Source: Octopus sinensis
Taxonomy: Eukaryota
Direction of reading: 5' to 3'
DNA: 64,000 nucleotides
Assembly: GCF_006345805.1 (NCBI RefSeq)
Contig: NC_042998.1
Location: 205,716,001-205,780,000 of the forward strand
Shown here one piece after another: positions 25,068 to 37,746 of the stretch (position 1 is the first letter of the stretch; every line of letters starts with the position of its first letter). The translations under genes and the position numbers were made by a program. The notes below the pieces were generated by a model that saw only the letters and a list, made by a program, of their open reading frames with translations, searched no databases and was not told the DNA's origin.

Positions 25068-25870
25068 TTTAGAAAGTACACAAGGTTAAGTCATAAATAT
25101 AAATATACACACATATATACATACATAAATACATATACCTACACTTAAATGTACATGTGTATGTATATGCATACAAATGAATCAATTATTATTAGATGCA
25201 TTATCATCATCATCATTTAACGTCCGTTCTCCATGCTAGCATGGGTTGGACGGTTCAACCGGGGATCTGGGAAGCCAGAAGGCTGCACCAGGCTCCAGTC
25301 TGATCTGGCAGTGTTTCTACAGCTGGATGCCCTTCCTAACGCCAACCACTCCAAGAGTGTAGTGGGTGCTTTTTACGTGCCAGGCAAGGCTGGCAACGGC
25401 CACGATCGGATTGGTGCTTTTTACGTGCCACCGGCATGGAAGCCAGTCAAGGCAGCGCTGGATTCAGCCACGTTCGGATGGTGCTTTTTACGTGCCACTG
25501 GCAGAGGGATCACAACTGCAGTTTCCATTGATTTTTGTTGTTGGTGTACTTGACTCAATGGATCTCCTCAAGCACAGGGTTGAAACGGTGTTTCTTTACT
25601 TGCCACCTGCACAGGAGTCAGTCGAGCGGTCCTGGCAACTGCCGGGTGCCAGTCATAGGATTGGTTCAATTTTGATTCCGATTTCACTTGCCAAATATAT
25701 TATTCATATTAGATAAAATATAAACAGAGGTATGAGAAAGTTATTAGAAGAGGAGTAATATTGTAACTTATAAAATCAATATATCTTAAGATTATTTTAG
25801 TTATATAAGAATGAAACTATATACATGAGGAATACACACACACACACATATATATATATAATAAAATATT

Positions 25871-26255
25871 AGGGAATAAATCCAAACTTACAGGGAAAAA
25901 TCAGATTTAGGATTGAATCCAATTTTATTGTAAAATATTATATTAAATTAGAGATAAAACCACTATTAGGCAAATCATACAATGAAAATCTTAAGCCAAT
26001 ACATAAGATTAATTAATTTATATTATTTAAATATATATCAAAATTATTAAAAAAGATAATTAGTATAACACTACGATCGTTTCATGGCTGTCCAATTCTT
26101 AAAATTTCGAGTTACAGTCATTCTTCAGATGGTTTAAATATTTAACTTAGCGAGGTTTAATCTTTAAATAATATAAATTAATTAATCTTATGTATTGGCT
26201 TAAGATTTTCATTGTATGATTTGCCTAATAGTGGTTTTATCTCTAATTTAATATA

Positions 26256-26259
<4 letters not shown>
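25871..26259 (-). mobile_element. Miniature non-coding PLE derivative: terminus, 97-bp perfect inverted repeat and hammerhead loop
   Basis: Arms 25935..26031 and 26163..26259 are exact reverse complements; terminus motif at 25871 is shared with 4556 and 688; flanked by TA/CA microsatellites. Confidence 0.75.
26069..26131 (-). ncRNA. Hammerhead ribozyme motif (HHR-C)
   Basis: Minus strand CAT-CTGAAGA (26122..26128)-ATGACTGT...ACAGCCAT (7/8 pairs)-GAAAC-GATC-GTA^GTG; palindromic ACGATCGT. Confidence 0.75.
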
Positions 26260-26292
<33 letters not shown>

Positions 26293-29200
26293 TATACATA
26301 TCTACATATATATTTCTGTGCAAACATACTCATAGGTACATATGTATTAGATGTGTTTAGAAGGGAGGATTAATGCAACAGTTCGTATCATTATAATTAT
26401 AGCAATAATACACAAACATATATTCATATAAACATGCAATTTGTTTATTTCTCCGTTATTTTTTTGTTGAAATCCTGCCGGAAATGGGGAAGGATTATTT
26501 TTGTTCAGTCGCGTAATCTAATTGGTCATCTGTTGTTTTGAAAGGCCTTGACTTTGTTTTGGTTGGTTAATTGATAACCGATAACATAAAACAAATTAGG
26601 CAAATATAGATATGAATTTAAGGTTAAAGTGATATTACTAAGGGGATATTATTTTTAATAAGGTAAGTTATAGCAAATTTATTTAAAAAACATTATATAA
26701 TATTACTAAGGGGATATTATTTTAATATAATGCATATGTGAGATAAGTTATTACAAATTTATTAAAAAACCTTTATAAAATATTATATGTATAAGTCTAA
26801 CTAGGGGACTCATTAATATATTTCCTAACTTATATGGAAAAAATATGGTTAAAAATACATGCCGGAAACGAGTTGGACCAAACTCAAACAAGGGACAAGA
26901 CATCAAAAGTGACTGTATACATTGTCTCTTCATGTTGTCATTAATTGCTAAAATTATGCCCCAAATTCCTTCTCCGAATCCTCACATATCCTTTTCTATA
27001 TATAACTATACCTGCATGTAACCAAATTGTAGTCATTATCGCCAAAAATATGTTCAAAATCAATTATATCTGACAAATTGCTTCAAATGCAAGACTCCAT
27101 CCGACAAAATGCCTAAAATGCAATATTCCATGTAATATTGTTAAATCCCTTAATTAATAAACCCTTTATACACACACACACACACTTGCATACACGTGTG
27201 TCATGATCATCTTCGTTTCAACATCCGCTTTGGGTCAGGTGGAGTTTAGTGAGGCTGATTTTGCTGTCCCCTTCAATCCATCCAGGGATCAGCATCTCTG
27301 TCCAGCATGGAAAATGAATGATGCTGATTGTGTTTGTGTGGGCATCATTATGTAAGAGTGATGAAGTAGATTCAAATATATTTGACACAATACAACCATT
27401 ATCTGATGTAGAACTCAATATGCTGGGTTGAGTGATTGCATATTTTGTTCTGTCAAAGGCCGACAGTCTACTCTTGAGTCTGTGCTGTTTACACTTATGA
27501 ACAACCCAGAGGAGGGTGAAATTCCGAGTACATTGTCAGCTTTGGAGATATGTATGTGTGAGTGTTTGTACACACACACACAAAACCAGCTTCTTCATAG
27601 TTTCTCTCAGCCAAAATCCAGTCTTTAATTGATTGGTCAACATGAATGTTTTCTAGAGGACAATTACCTCATTTAGAGGGCAGCAGAACTGAAAGCAGAC
27701 TTGGCAGACTTATTACCTCCTCCCAATTACAATGCCTCTGCTGCACCTGAGCACTGTAGACAATAATTTAATTATTATTATTAATATTTTTTCCATTCTA
27801 AGTTCAAATCTCACTGACGTCAAATTTGCTTTTCATTCCTCCGAGGTCAATAAAATAAAATACCAGTCGAAGTATTGGGGTTGATATAATTGAAGCCACC
27901 TCCTCTAAATTACTGGCTTTCTTGATAATAAACAAGAGTCACAAAAACTAAAATTTTGAAAACTTTTCTCAACCCATCACAGAAATCAAAAGGCAGGATT
28001 TCTTTTTTACCTCAGTTTTGAGAAGTGAACAAGGGAGACAATCAGTCTCTTGTTTCCCCATCTTCCCAGACTCTGTTGTTAATGGCCACACTGAGCCGTC
28101 TCAGAATGTTGTTGTTTTGAGAGAGAACAATATTTATATTTAGTTCTAGGCAAACCCTGATCAAGCAGACTTGAGATCAAACATATTCCAGTTATGACCA
28201 TCCTGCTTTTTTTTTTTTAAATATCTTAAATTGCATTTCTTAAAAGTGGCCTTTATGTGTTTATGGTTACGCCATCACTTTAAGACTTCCCCCTAGACTC
28301 TGGTTGCAGGAGGAACAACTGAGGTACACTCAACCAGAACACTGGTTTTTCTCAGCTCTTCTGTAAATATGGATTTTCAAAGGTTTGTGTTGGTAAAAAA
28401 GTTGTGTTCTTTGTATTTTCTAACAAACTTGTATTTTGTCATTTGGACATTGGTCTGTCTTTCTCCATCTTTCACACAAAACCATTTGAACATTTCTGCA
28501 CTAAATTAGAATTTTTTTTATATTCTACAAATATAGAATTTTGGCTTCATTTACAACAGATTTCTGGATTTTAAGATATTTTCCCTCAAAGATAATTTGG
28601 AATCTACCTTAGTTACTAAATTCCTATGTTATCTCAGAGGTAGGAGCTCTCTGAACTTTGCCCAATCTATTCTTATTCTCACAGCTAAACTTTTGTCATC
28701 TGGATAACGGAAGCTATCAACTACCTCTAGCTTACCCACCTGACAATTGATGCAGTCTATTTTCTCTACATTTTTTAGTGTTTATTGTACTTGTATACCT
28801 TCCACCCATCATCATCATCATCATCAATTAACGTCCGTTTTCCATGCTGGCATGGCTTGTAAGGTTTGACTGAGGTCTGGAGAGCCAGAGGCTGCACCAG
28901 GCTCCAATCTGATCTGGCAATGTTTCTACAGCTGGATGCCCTTCCTAATGCCAACCAGTCATTGGGTATGTCGTGTACCACCTGATTAACTAATAAAGTG
29001 ACTAGACCATAACCCACACCACCAGATATTGTTGATGTTTTCATATCCTTCATGGCTTTGTCTACAACACTACTGTCTATTTGGATTGCTTCTCCCTTTG
29101 TTGGATCGACATGAGGCAGACTCTCCTTCTCCCATGTGTTCTCTATATTTAGTAGCCTTCATAGTGACACTTCCAGGTCTCTTTCTTTGCAAGTGAACCA

Positions 29201-29670
29201 CCATCCATGCGAACACATGTTTCTCCCACAACATCACAATTTTCCTTGACAAACTTCTTCCTTTTTGCTAACAATAATTGCTTCTTCGCTTCCCTTCTGG
29301 CTGTTTGCTACTACCACCCTTCCAAGCTTGTTTCTTTGCCCTGATAGGCCTGTCAACTATATTGTTCTACCACCATGTCACCTTAGGTCTGGCTGGGACT
29401 TTGCACCACCAAATAATAACATTAAAAGAAATTAAAGTTTAATAATAAATATTTATCTTTTATTATTTTTAACACTTATAATAACTGATTATTTTGAAGT
29501 AAGTCGAAAACCCATGTATTTCTGTTTGAGCCACGATGCTGTTAAGCTTAAATATTTTGATATTGTTTATAACAATCTGTGGTGTGTTTCACAAGGTTTT
29601 CTCACAGATTTAGTCAACTATTATCTTTTACAGATCTTTATCATTCAGTCTTGTTATTTTCATTTTGCAG

Positions 29671-29768
29671 ATGGAAAGGAGAAAATGTGGCCACACAAGA
29701 CATAACTGAAACTTTAAGAGACATCAGTTTCATTCAAGATGTTGTTGTATATGGTGTGGAAGTCACAG
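29671..29768 (+). CDS. SLC27A: SLC27A exon
   Basis: ttttgcAG|A TGG...ACAG|GTaaac; 98 bp, phase 2-1; WKGENVATQDI...VVYGVEVT completes DRIGDTFRWKGENV. Confidence 0.95.
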
Positions 29769-30384
29769 GTAAACTATTTCTTTTTTACCACTTGAATGGA
29801 CAGATAACCAAGACAACTTTAGAGCTAATCTTATGAAGTTTACATGGGATAACAGTGGATGTCCTTTCTGATAAGCTGACATACAGATAAGACATGTAAA
29901 TGTCTGTTTAATGCACTTGGCTGTTATTTCTAGCAAAGCCTCCTTCTGTTGGTGTAAACAAGACAAATGGCTGTTTCTGATGGCATTGTTTCACAGTTGT
30001 GTGTGTGTGTGTGTGTGTCTACATAAATATGTCTACTCCTACTTGCTTCTTTCTGTGTGTGTGTGTGTGTGGTGTGTGTGTGTGTACTCCTACTTGCTTC
30101 TTTCTGTGTGTGTGTGTGTGTGTGTGTCTACTCCTACTTGCTTCTTTCTCTGTGTGTGTTCCTGCCAGTCTTACTCTCTACTTCTCGTCCCAACTGCTGT
30201 AATCCAATTCTTTTTTTCACCAGAACGTTGTTGTTGGCCGTTCAGAAACTTCTTTGTTTTTTCCCCCCTAATGTTGTAGATTTACCAGATCCAATCCAGT
30301 TGTCGGCCTGTCTGGCAAGTAACCCAATCTAATGACAAACATTTTCAAAAGATAATTAACTTTCCATTTAATCTCTCCATCCAG

Positions 30385-30701
30385 GTTATGAAGGCCGAGC
30401 CGGCATGGCCTCTTTGAAACTCGAAAATGCAGGAGCTTTGAGTAAGAACCAACTTGAAGTTCTCTACCAACACTGTCAAAAGAAATTACCAACTTACTCG
30501 ATTCCACTGTTTTTACGAACACAAAAAGAAGTTTACCTCACAGGAACTTTTAAATATCATAAACCAAAACTTCAGAAAGAAGCTTTTAATCCAGAACTCA
30601 TCTCAGACTCTCTCTATTTTCTCAACCGATCAGCCATGTGTTACGTTCCACTATCAAACGACATTTATTTGCAGATCTTACACGGTGAATTTAAGTTATA
30701 G
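30385..30701 (+). CDS. SLC27A: SLC27A terminal coding exon
   Basis: ccatccAG|GT TAT GAA GGC CGA GCC GGC ATG; GYEGRAGMA...PLFLR...TGTFKYHK (catalytic Lys)...LHGEFKL* with stop TAG. Confidence 0.95.
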
Positions 30702-31711
30702 TAATTGTCCATTCATCCTCATCACTGTTGTGGCTTTCGTAACAGACAATTGTGCATGTTACAATTTTGTGATATAATAATGTTAGTATTATTATTATTA
30801 TTTTAAAATTTCTATTCAAGGCAAAAAGCATGACTCTTTGCTTCCTGTATTTCGGCTTCAATGTATCTTGTTGTCATTTGTATCTCTTCCATTCTTTTCA
30901 ATCTGTGAAATTTCCAACCTTTTAATGCAGGTAACATTTTTGGGGGGTGTTTTATCCTTATTTATTGATGTCATTCTTTAGAAATGCCTTAATAGATCCA
31001 TGAAATTCCCTTTTCGTTTTTTTTTTTTTTACCTTCTTCTCCGTCTTTGATTCATTCGTAAAAGTGACGGACCAAATGCTACGACAGCATTTGGTTGCAT
31101 TCCTCTTCTGAGTTTAAATCCCACCAACATGAAATTTCATTTCTGTCCTTCCGGGGTGTGGCTGTCAATAACAAAATCCCGGTCATGTACTCAGTTAGAC
31201 ATAATCCTCCCCCAAAATTGTGGCCTTGTGCATATGTGACCCTTATTTATCTTCCCCCACCCCCACAGATTTAAAGCTTTGTTTCACTTAGACACTCAAA
31301 AGTTTTGCTTTTCAAACATTTTTTCAAAAAGGGTATGGAGTCATAAGATGGGTGGGAGGAGTAAGAGCTGATGTTAGAAAGGTGGAAGGAGTAAGAGCTG
31401 ATGTAAGAAGCTTATCTTAAGGTTAGGGTTTCAAATTGGCAAATGGGGTTTTCAATTTTGTCTTCTGTTCTTAAATGTGTTTCATTATTTTCGTTATGAA
31501 ATAATTGAATTAAAAAATTAACATTAGCACACACCATTTTGTGTGAAATATTTGTGTAGCTGTGTATATATACATATATAATAATGTTTCACACAGCTAT
31601 GTGTGTATGTATATAAACACCCACACATATACATGAATGGATGTATAATATATATATGCATTCATATATTTCCATTTTTAACTTGTAATGGTAAAAATGT
31701 GTTTATTTCTG

Positions 31712-31764
<53 letters not shown>

Positions 31765-34700
31765 CCATTTTTAAGTTATAATGGCAAAAGTGTGTGCGTG
31801 TGTGTACATGTATATTACCATTCTGAACTTGTAATGGTAACAATATTAAAACTGCTGATAACCCCCCCACACACACACACACACTTTTCTGCTCCAGCTA
31901 AATTTTTTACTTTAATTTCTGGGATTTGTTTTTTAATATTTTTTATTTATTATTTCCCAAATCAAATTCCAAAAGTTTTTCTTCAAATTCAGACAATTTA
32001 TTTTCTCTACAGGAAAACCTAGTCTTGTCTTAAAAATTCTACATTTCCTTTGGCTGTGATCCGTGGCTTTTATTTTCATTTTCTTGCAATGTTTTTATTC
32101 TTTCAATCATCAATCACTTTTTTTTGTAAAATTCTGCTTTCTCATGATTTCAACCAATTTTTCAAAAATGAAACAAAAAAAAAATTTTTTTAATGTTTTT
32201 ATATTTCAGCTCTTCAAGTTTATAATTAAAAACATTGACTGTAATTAATACAATTATTTTTCCTCCAAAAATGTAATTAAATCTTTGAATGCTGCAGCTG
32301 GTCATGTCAGTAGAGTGTCAACATCCAAGTCATAATAACACTAATCCCAGCTGCTAATCCACTAATCCTGTTGCTAAAACCTGTGTCTCACTGAGCTGGG
32401 GAAAGTAAGCAGTGGGAGTACTAGAGTTGAGGAGTGCTTTTGCAGGCCAACACTACTGAGATTCCAATCCTGCCATAGTTTGATGAGGAAGCTCCAATCG
32501 TCCTCCAGTTAATAGGGTGGCTAATTACCCTCACTAATCAGTGTTTATGATGAAGGCAAGTGAAACAATTAAGCCTGACCCTGCAAAAAAAAAATAGGGC
32601 ATTGTCCTTTTTAAAACAGTATTTTTACATCGTTTATTCTTAATTGTAGGTCAGCCCTGAGTAGATGAAAGGTATTCCAGCTATAATCATGTCTTTTGGA
32701 GGGTATCCTTAAGACAGCTATTTCTAGCAAGTAGAGACTTTCTGGTTGACTTGTGTTTTAATTAGCAGCAAATAATTTCATCTTCAGGATTCTTTAATTA
32801 AACCAAAACAATTTTTATATTTTTTTTCCCTTTGAATCTTTTTATAAATTTTACAGGTGAAGGGATTTCAATGACTCAATTTGAAAACATTCTGCCCCAG
32901 CATGACCACAGTCCAGTGAGTTTAGAACCACAACAAAGATGCTTCCAAATAATTTTTGTCCACCCTACTCTTGTAAACCTTAATCAAACAGGTTTATGAC
33001 CAAAAAGCATTCCACCCATGGCCATCCTGTTTTTCTTTTTAATAATAATAGTGTACAGTAGTAGTCTTCTTAGAAGATGGTAGGTTGTGATTTGAGGGAT
33101 GTTTGGCTTCCATTTCTACCAGGTCAAGCCACCTGACTCTCCCCATTGTCCTATACACACACACACACACGTAAAAGTTTGTCACTGGGATTCTTAAAAC
33201 AATTAACTTTTATCAGTTTAGGATTCAATTCTAAATTAATTGCAGTCAACTTTTTCTTACAGTGATGCTTCTTTCAAATGTTTCACTGCTGAATCTTAGA
33301 CATTTTTCAAAACTTTTTGAGCTTCAACTTAAAATTCTAAATAGCCTCCATGTGTCAGTTCCACTTTCATGGAGACAGACTGATGCCCTCACTAGAAACA
33401 CCAGTCTATCACGGCAGACTTCGACAAAAACACTTGATGTTAGTCGTGTATAGAACTGTAAATTCGGTTTGGAGAAGAAGGAAAAAAAATTAAATAACAA
33501 CAAAAACCTTTAAATGTTAAACTTTTTTTTTTTTTTTGAGATTAGTTCGTCCAATGGACACAACACATGTATATGCACGTGTGTGTATATATATATGTGT
33601 GTATGTATATATATGTGTGTGTATATATAATATATATGTGTGTATATATATCATCATCATCATTTAGCGTCCACTTTCAATGCTAGCATGGGTTAGACGG
33701 TTCAACTGGGGTCTGGGAAGCCAGAAGGCTGCGCCAGGCCTCGTCTGATCTGGCAGTGTTTCTACAGCTGGATGCCCTTCCTAACGCCAACCACTCCGTG
33801 AGTGTAGTGGGTGCTTTTTATGTGCCAGACGAGGCTGGCAAACGGCCACGATTGGATGGTGTTTGTTACGTGCCCACAGCACGAAGGCCAGTCGATGCGT
33901 TACTGGTTACAGCCATGTTCGGATGGTTTTCTTATGTGCCACCGGCACTAGTACCACAAAAATGCAAATTCCATTGATGTTCATCGATTTTGATTTGATT
34001 TGATTTTCACTTGCCTCAACAGGTTTTCACAAGTAGAGTTATGTGTCCCAAGAAGGAAGTATGCACAGGTGCACTGACTATGTCTCAGGTAGGGGCCATG
34101 GGTTACGGCCTCATGTGTCCTGCCGGGTCTTCTCACGCACAGCATACTTCGAAAGGTCTCGGTCTCTGTTCATTTCCTCGGTGAGACCTAAAGTGCGAAG
34201 GTCGTTCTTCACCACCTCATCCCAGGTTTTCCTGGGTCTACTTTTTCCACAGGTTCCCTCAACCGCTAGGGTGTGGCACTTTTTCACACAACTATCTTCA
34301 TCCATTCTTACTACGTGTCCATACCAGCGTAGACGCCTCTCTTGCACACCACATCTGATGCTTCTTAGGTCCAACTTTTCTCTCAAGGCACTTACACTCT
34401 GTCGGGTATGAACACTGACATTACACATCCAACGGAGCATACTGGCTTCATTTCTTGCGAGCTTACGCATATCCTCAGCAGTCACGGCCCATGTATATAT
34501 ACATACATATATATATACATATACACATACACATTTACACACACAGATTCTTTTCTACACTTGGCACAGGGCCTGAAATTTTGGGAGAGGGGGCCAGTTG
34601 ATTAGATCGACCCTAGTATGCAACTGGTACTTAATTTATCGACCCTGAAATTATGAAACGCAAGCTCGACTTCAACGGGATTTGAACTCAGAAAGTAAAG

Positions 34701-35279
34701 ACATGAAACACTGCCCAGCGTGTTGACCATCCTGCCAGCTTGCCACAATATCAGTTTGTCCCTGGTATAGCTTGACAATTGGTGTTGGTTTGTTCACATC
34801 CCAAGATGCTAATAGGGTAATTATCAAACTTTAAAGAAAAAAGTCCTGGGGTCAATTTCTTCGACTAAACCTTTGAAAGCACTGCCCCAGCATGGCCTTG
34901 GTCAATTGGCTGAAAGAAATAAGAGAAGACCTGAAACTGCAAATGTCTCTGCCCAGTGTATATCAATAAGAGAAAGGGGGAAATTCAAGAAGGAATTGTT
35001 AAAAAAAAAAAAAATTTTAAATATCCTTTACACCCCTCCTGCACAAATTTATTCGTAAGATCTGATGTCTCTAAAGTGTCAAAACTTGGATAAATTTGTG
35101 CAGGAGGGGTGTAAAGGATATTTAAATTTTTTTTTTTTTTTAATTCCCCCATATTTATTTATTGGTGAAAATATATAAAATGAGTAATGCAGGTTCTATA
35201 TATATATCATATATACATATATATATTTATTATATATACATATACATTATATATATATTGATTGATTGATTCTAGTTTC

Positions 35280-35650
35280 AGCTCTAGTTTCAAATGGCCA
35301 TTCTGGGGCACCGCCATTTGGTGTTGCTACATGGTTTTACTTCACGAATGCTTTTTAGCAACTGCCATTTGGTGCATGAGAGAGTTCGATGCAGTTGCCC
35401 TCATCTGCACCTCCTGTCGTGAAGTTGGTTCATCTGGGATACCTGACAGGAAGAGATCCAGTTTCATTTTAAAGACATCAGCATCCACCCCATGCAGGTC
35501 TCTTAGATTCTTCGGGAGGATATTGAAGAGCTGTGGGCCTCGGAAGCCCATGCTATCACAGTATCTTGACCTACATCTTGATGGCAAATTTGGAGTCCTA
35601 GGCACCACGCAGTGGCGCCCAGTTCTAGCATTTGTGTGACTCTCGATGCC
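35280..35650 (-). mobile_element. CR1/L2-like LINE 3' fragment
   Basis: [13 protein letters not shown]...[49 protein letters not shown]. Confidence 0.65.
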
Positions 35651-35879
35651 AATGTATATATGTATGTATGTATATATATATATACATATATGTGTGTATG
35701 TATATATGTGCAGGTGGCACGTAAAAAACACCCACTACACTCGCGGAGTGGTTGGCGTTAGGAAGGGCATCCAGCAGTAGAAACACTGCCAATTCTAACT
35801 GGGCCTGATGAAGCCTTCTGGCTTCACAGACCCCAGTTAAACCGTCCAACCCATGCTAGCATGGAAAACGGACGCTAAA

Positions 35880-37235
35880 TGATGATGATGATGTGTGTAT
35901 ACATATATGTATATATGTGTGTATGTATATATGTGTATATATATATGTATACATATATATATATGTGTGTATGTATATATGTGTGTATATATATATACAT
36001 ATATGTATATTTATGTGTGTATGTATATATGTGTATATATACATATATGTAGACTCAGGAAAACCTGGGTCGAGGTGGTGAAGCACGACCTTCGAACTCT
36101 AGGTCTCACCAAGGAAATGACCAGAGACCGAGACCTATGGAAGTATGCTGTGCGTCAGAAGACCCGGCAAGACCAGTGAGAACAATCAAAATCAAATCAT
36201 ATATCAGAAAGCAGGGGTTAAGTGACCCATCCGTCCGTGTCCGCTGTCAGCCTCGTCTGGCACCCGTGCCGGTGATACGTAAAAGCACCATTCGCTCATG
36301 GCTGTTTGCCAGCTCTGCCTGGCCCCCGTGTCGGTGGCACGTAAAAGCACCATCCGTTCGCCAGCTCTGTCTGGCACCTGTGCAGGTGGCACGTAAAAAA
36401 CACCCACTACACTCGCGGAGTGGTTGGCGTTAGGAAGGGCATCCAGCCGTAGAAACACTGCCAGATCTGACTGGGCCTGACGAAGCCTTCCAGCTTCACA
36501 GACCCCAGTTGACCCGTCCAACCCATGCTAGCATGGAAAGCGGACGCTAAATGATGATCATATGTATATTTATATGTGTGTATGTATATATGTGTATATA
36601 TATATACATATATGTATATATTTGTGTGTGTGTATATATGTGTATATATATATATATATATATACATATATGTATATATATATGTGTGTATATATCTGTG
36701 TATATGTGTGTGTGTGTATATATATATACATACATATATATGTGTGTATATATATGCGTGTATATAGATATATGTATATGTGTATATATATATGTGTACG
36801 TATATATATATATATATACATACATATATATATATACATACATATATATATACATACATACATATATATATACATACATATACATATATACATACATATA
36901 CATATATATACATACATACATATATATACATACATACATATATATATATATACATACATACATATATATATACATACACATATATATATACATATATATA
37001 TATAATATATATATATATATATACTCTTTTATTTTACTCTTTTACTTGTTTCAGCCATCCGGCTGAGGCCATGCTGGGGCACCGCCCTTATACATACATA
37101 TATATATACATACACATATATATACATACACATATATATATACATACACACATATATATACATATACACATATATACATATACACATATATACATACACA
37201 CATATATACATACACATATATATATACACACACAT
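35880..37235. repeat. Compound (TA)n/(TG)n/(CA)n microsatellite field interrupted by an RTE 3' end and a SINE fragment
   Basis: Direct inspection; source of the many I/Y/C/V-rich pseudo-ORFs. Confidence 0.95.
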
Positions 37236-37560
37236 GATTTTACCTCACGAATGCTTTTTAGCAACTGCCATTTGGTGCATGAGAGAGTTCGATGCAGCTG
37301 CCCTCATCTGCACCTCCTGCCGTGAAGTTGGTTCATCCGGGACACCTGACAGGAAGAGATCCAGTCCTACTTTAAAGACATCCGCATCTACACCATGCAG
37401 GTCCCTCAGGTTCTTCGGGAGGATATTGAAGAGCTGTGGGCCTCTGAAGCCCAGGCTATCACAGTATCTTGTCCTACATCTTGATGGCAAATTTGGAGTC
37501 CTTGGTACTACGCAGTGGCGCCCGGTTCTGGCATTTGTGTGACTCTCGATGCCAAAGTTT
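37230..37560 (-). mobile_element. CR1/L2-like LINE 3' fragment (same family as 35.3 kb)
   Basis: [53 protein letters not shown]. Confidence 0.65.
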
Positions 37561-37746
37561 GGGACAAGTCCTTCCAGGATCTTCCAGATATATATTATGC
37601 ATATCTTTCACAAATATGTATGTGTGTATATATATGTGTGTGTGTGTGTGTATATGTATATATATATGTGTGTGTGTATGTATATATATGTGTGTGTGTG
37701 TGTGCATTTATGCAGAAGTATATGTACACACACACACGTGTATATA

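Noticed and set aside
30702-32300. SLC27A polyadenylation site
   Set aside because: No canonical AATAAA noticed close to the stop; ATTAAA hexamers (e.g. about 31509) are too common in this AT-rich DNA to call
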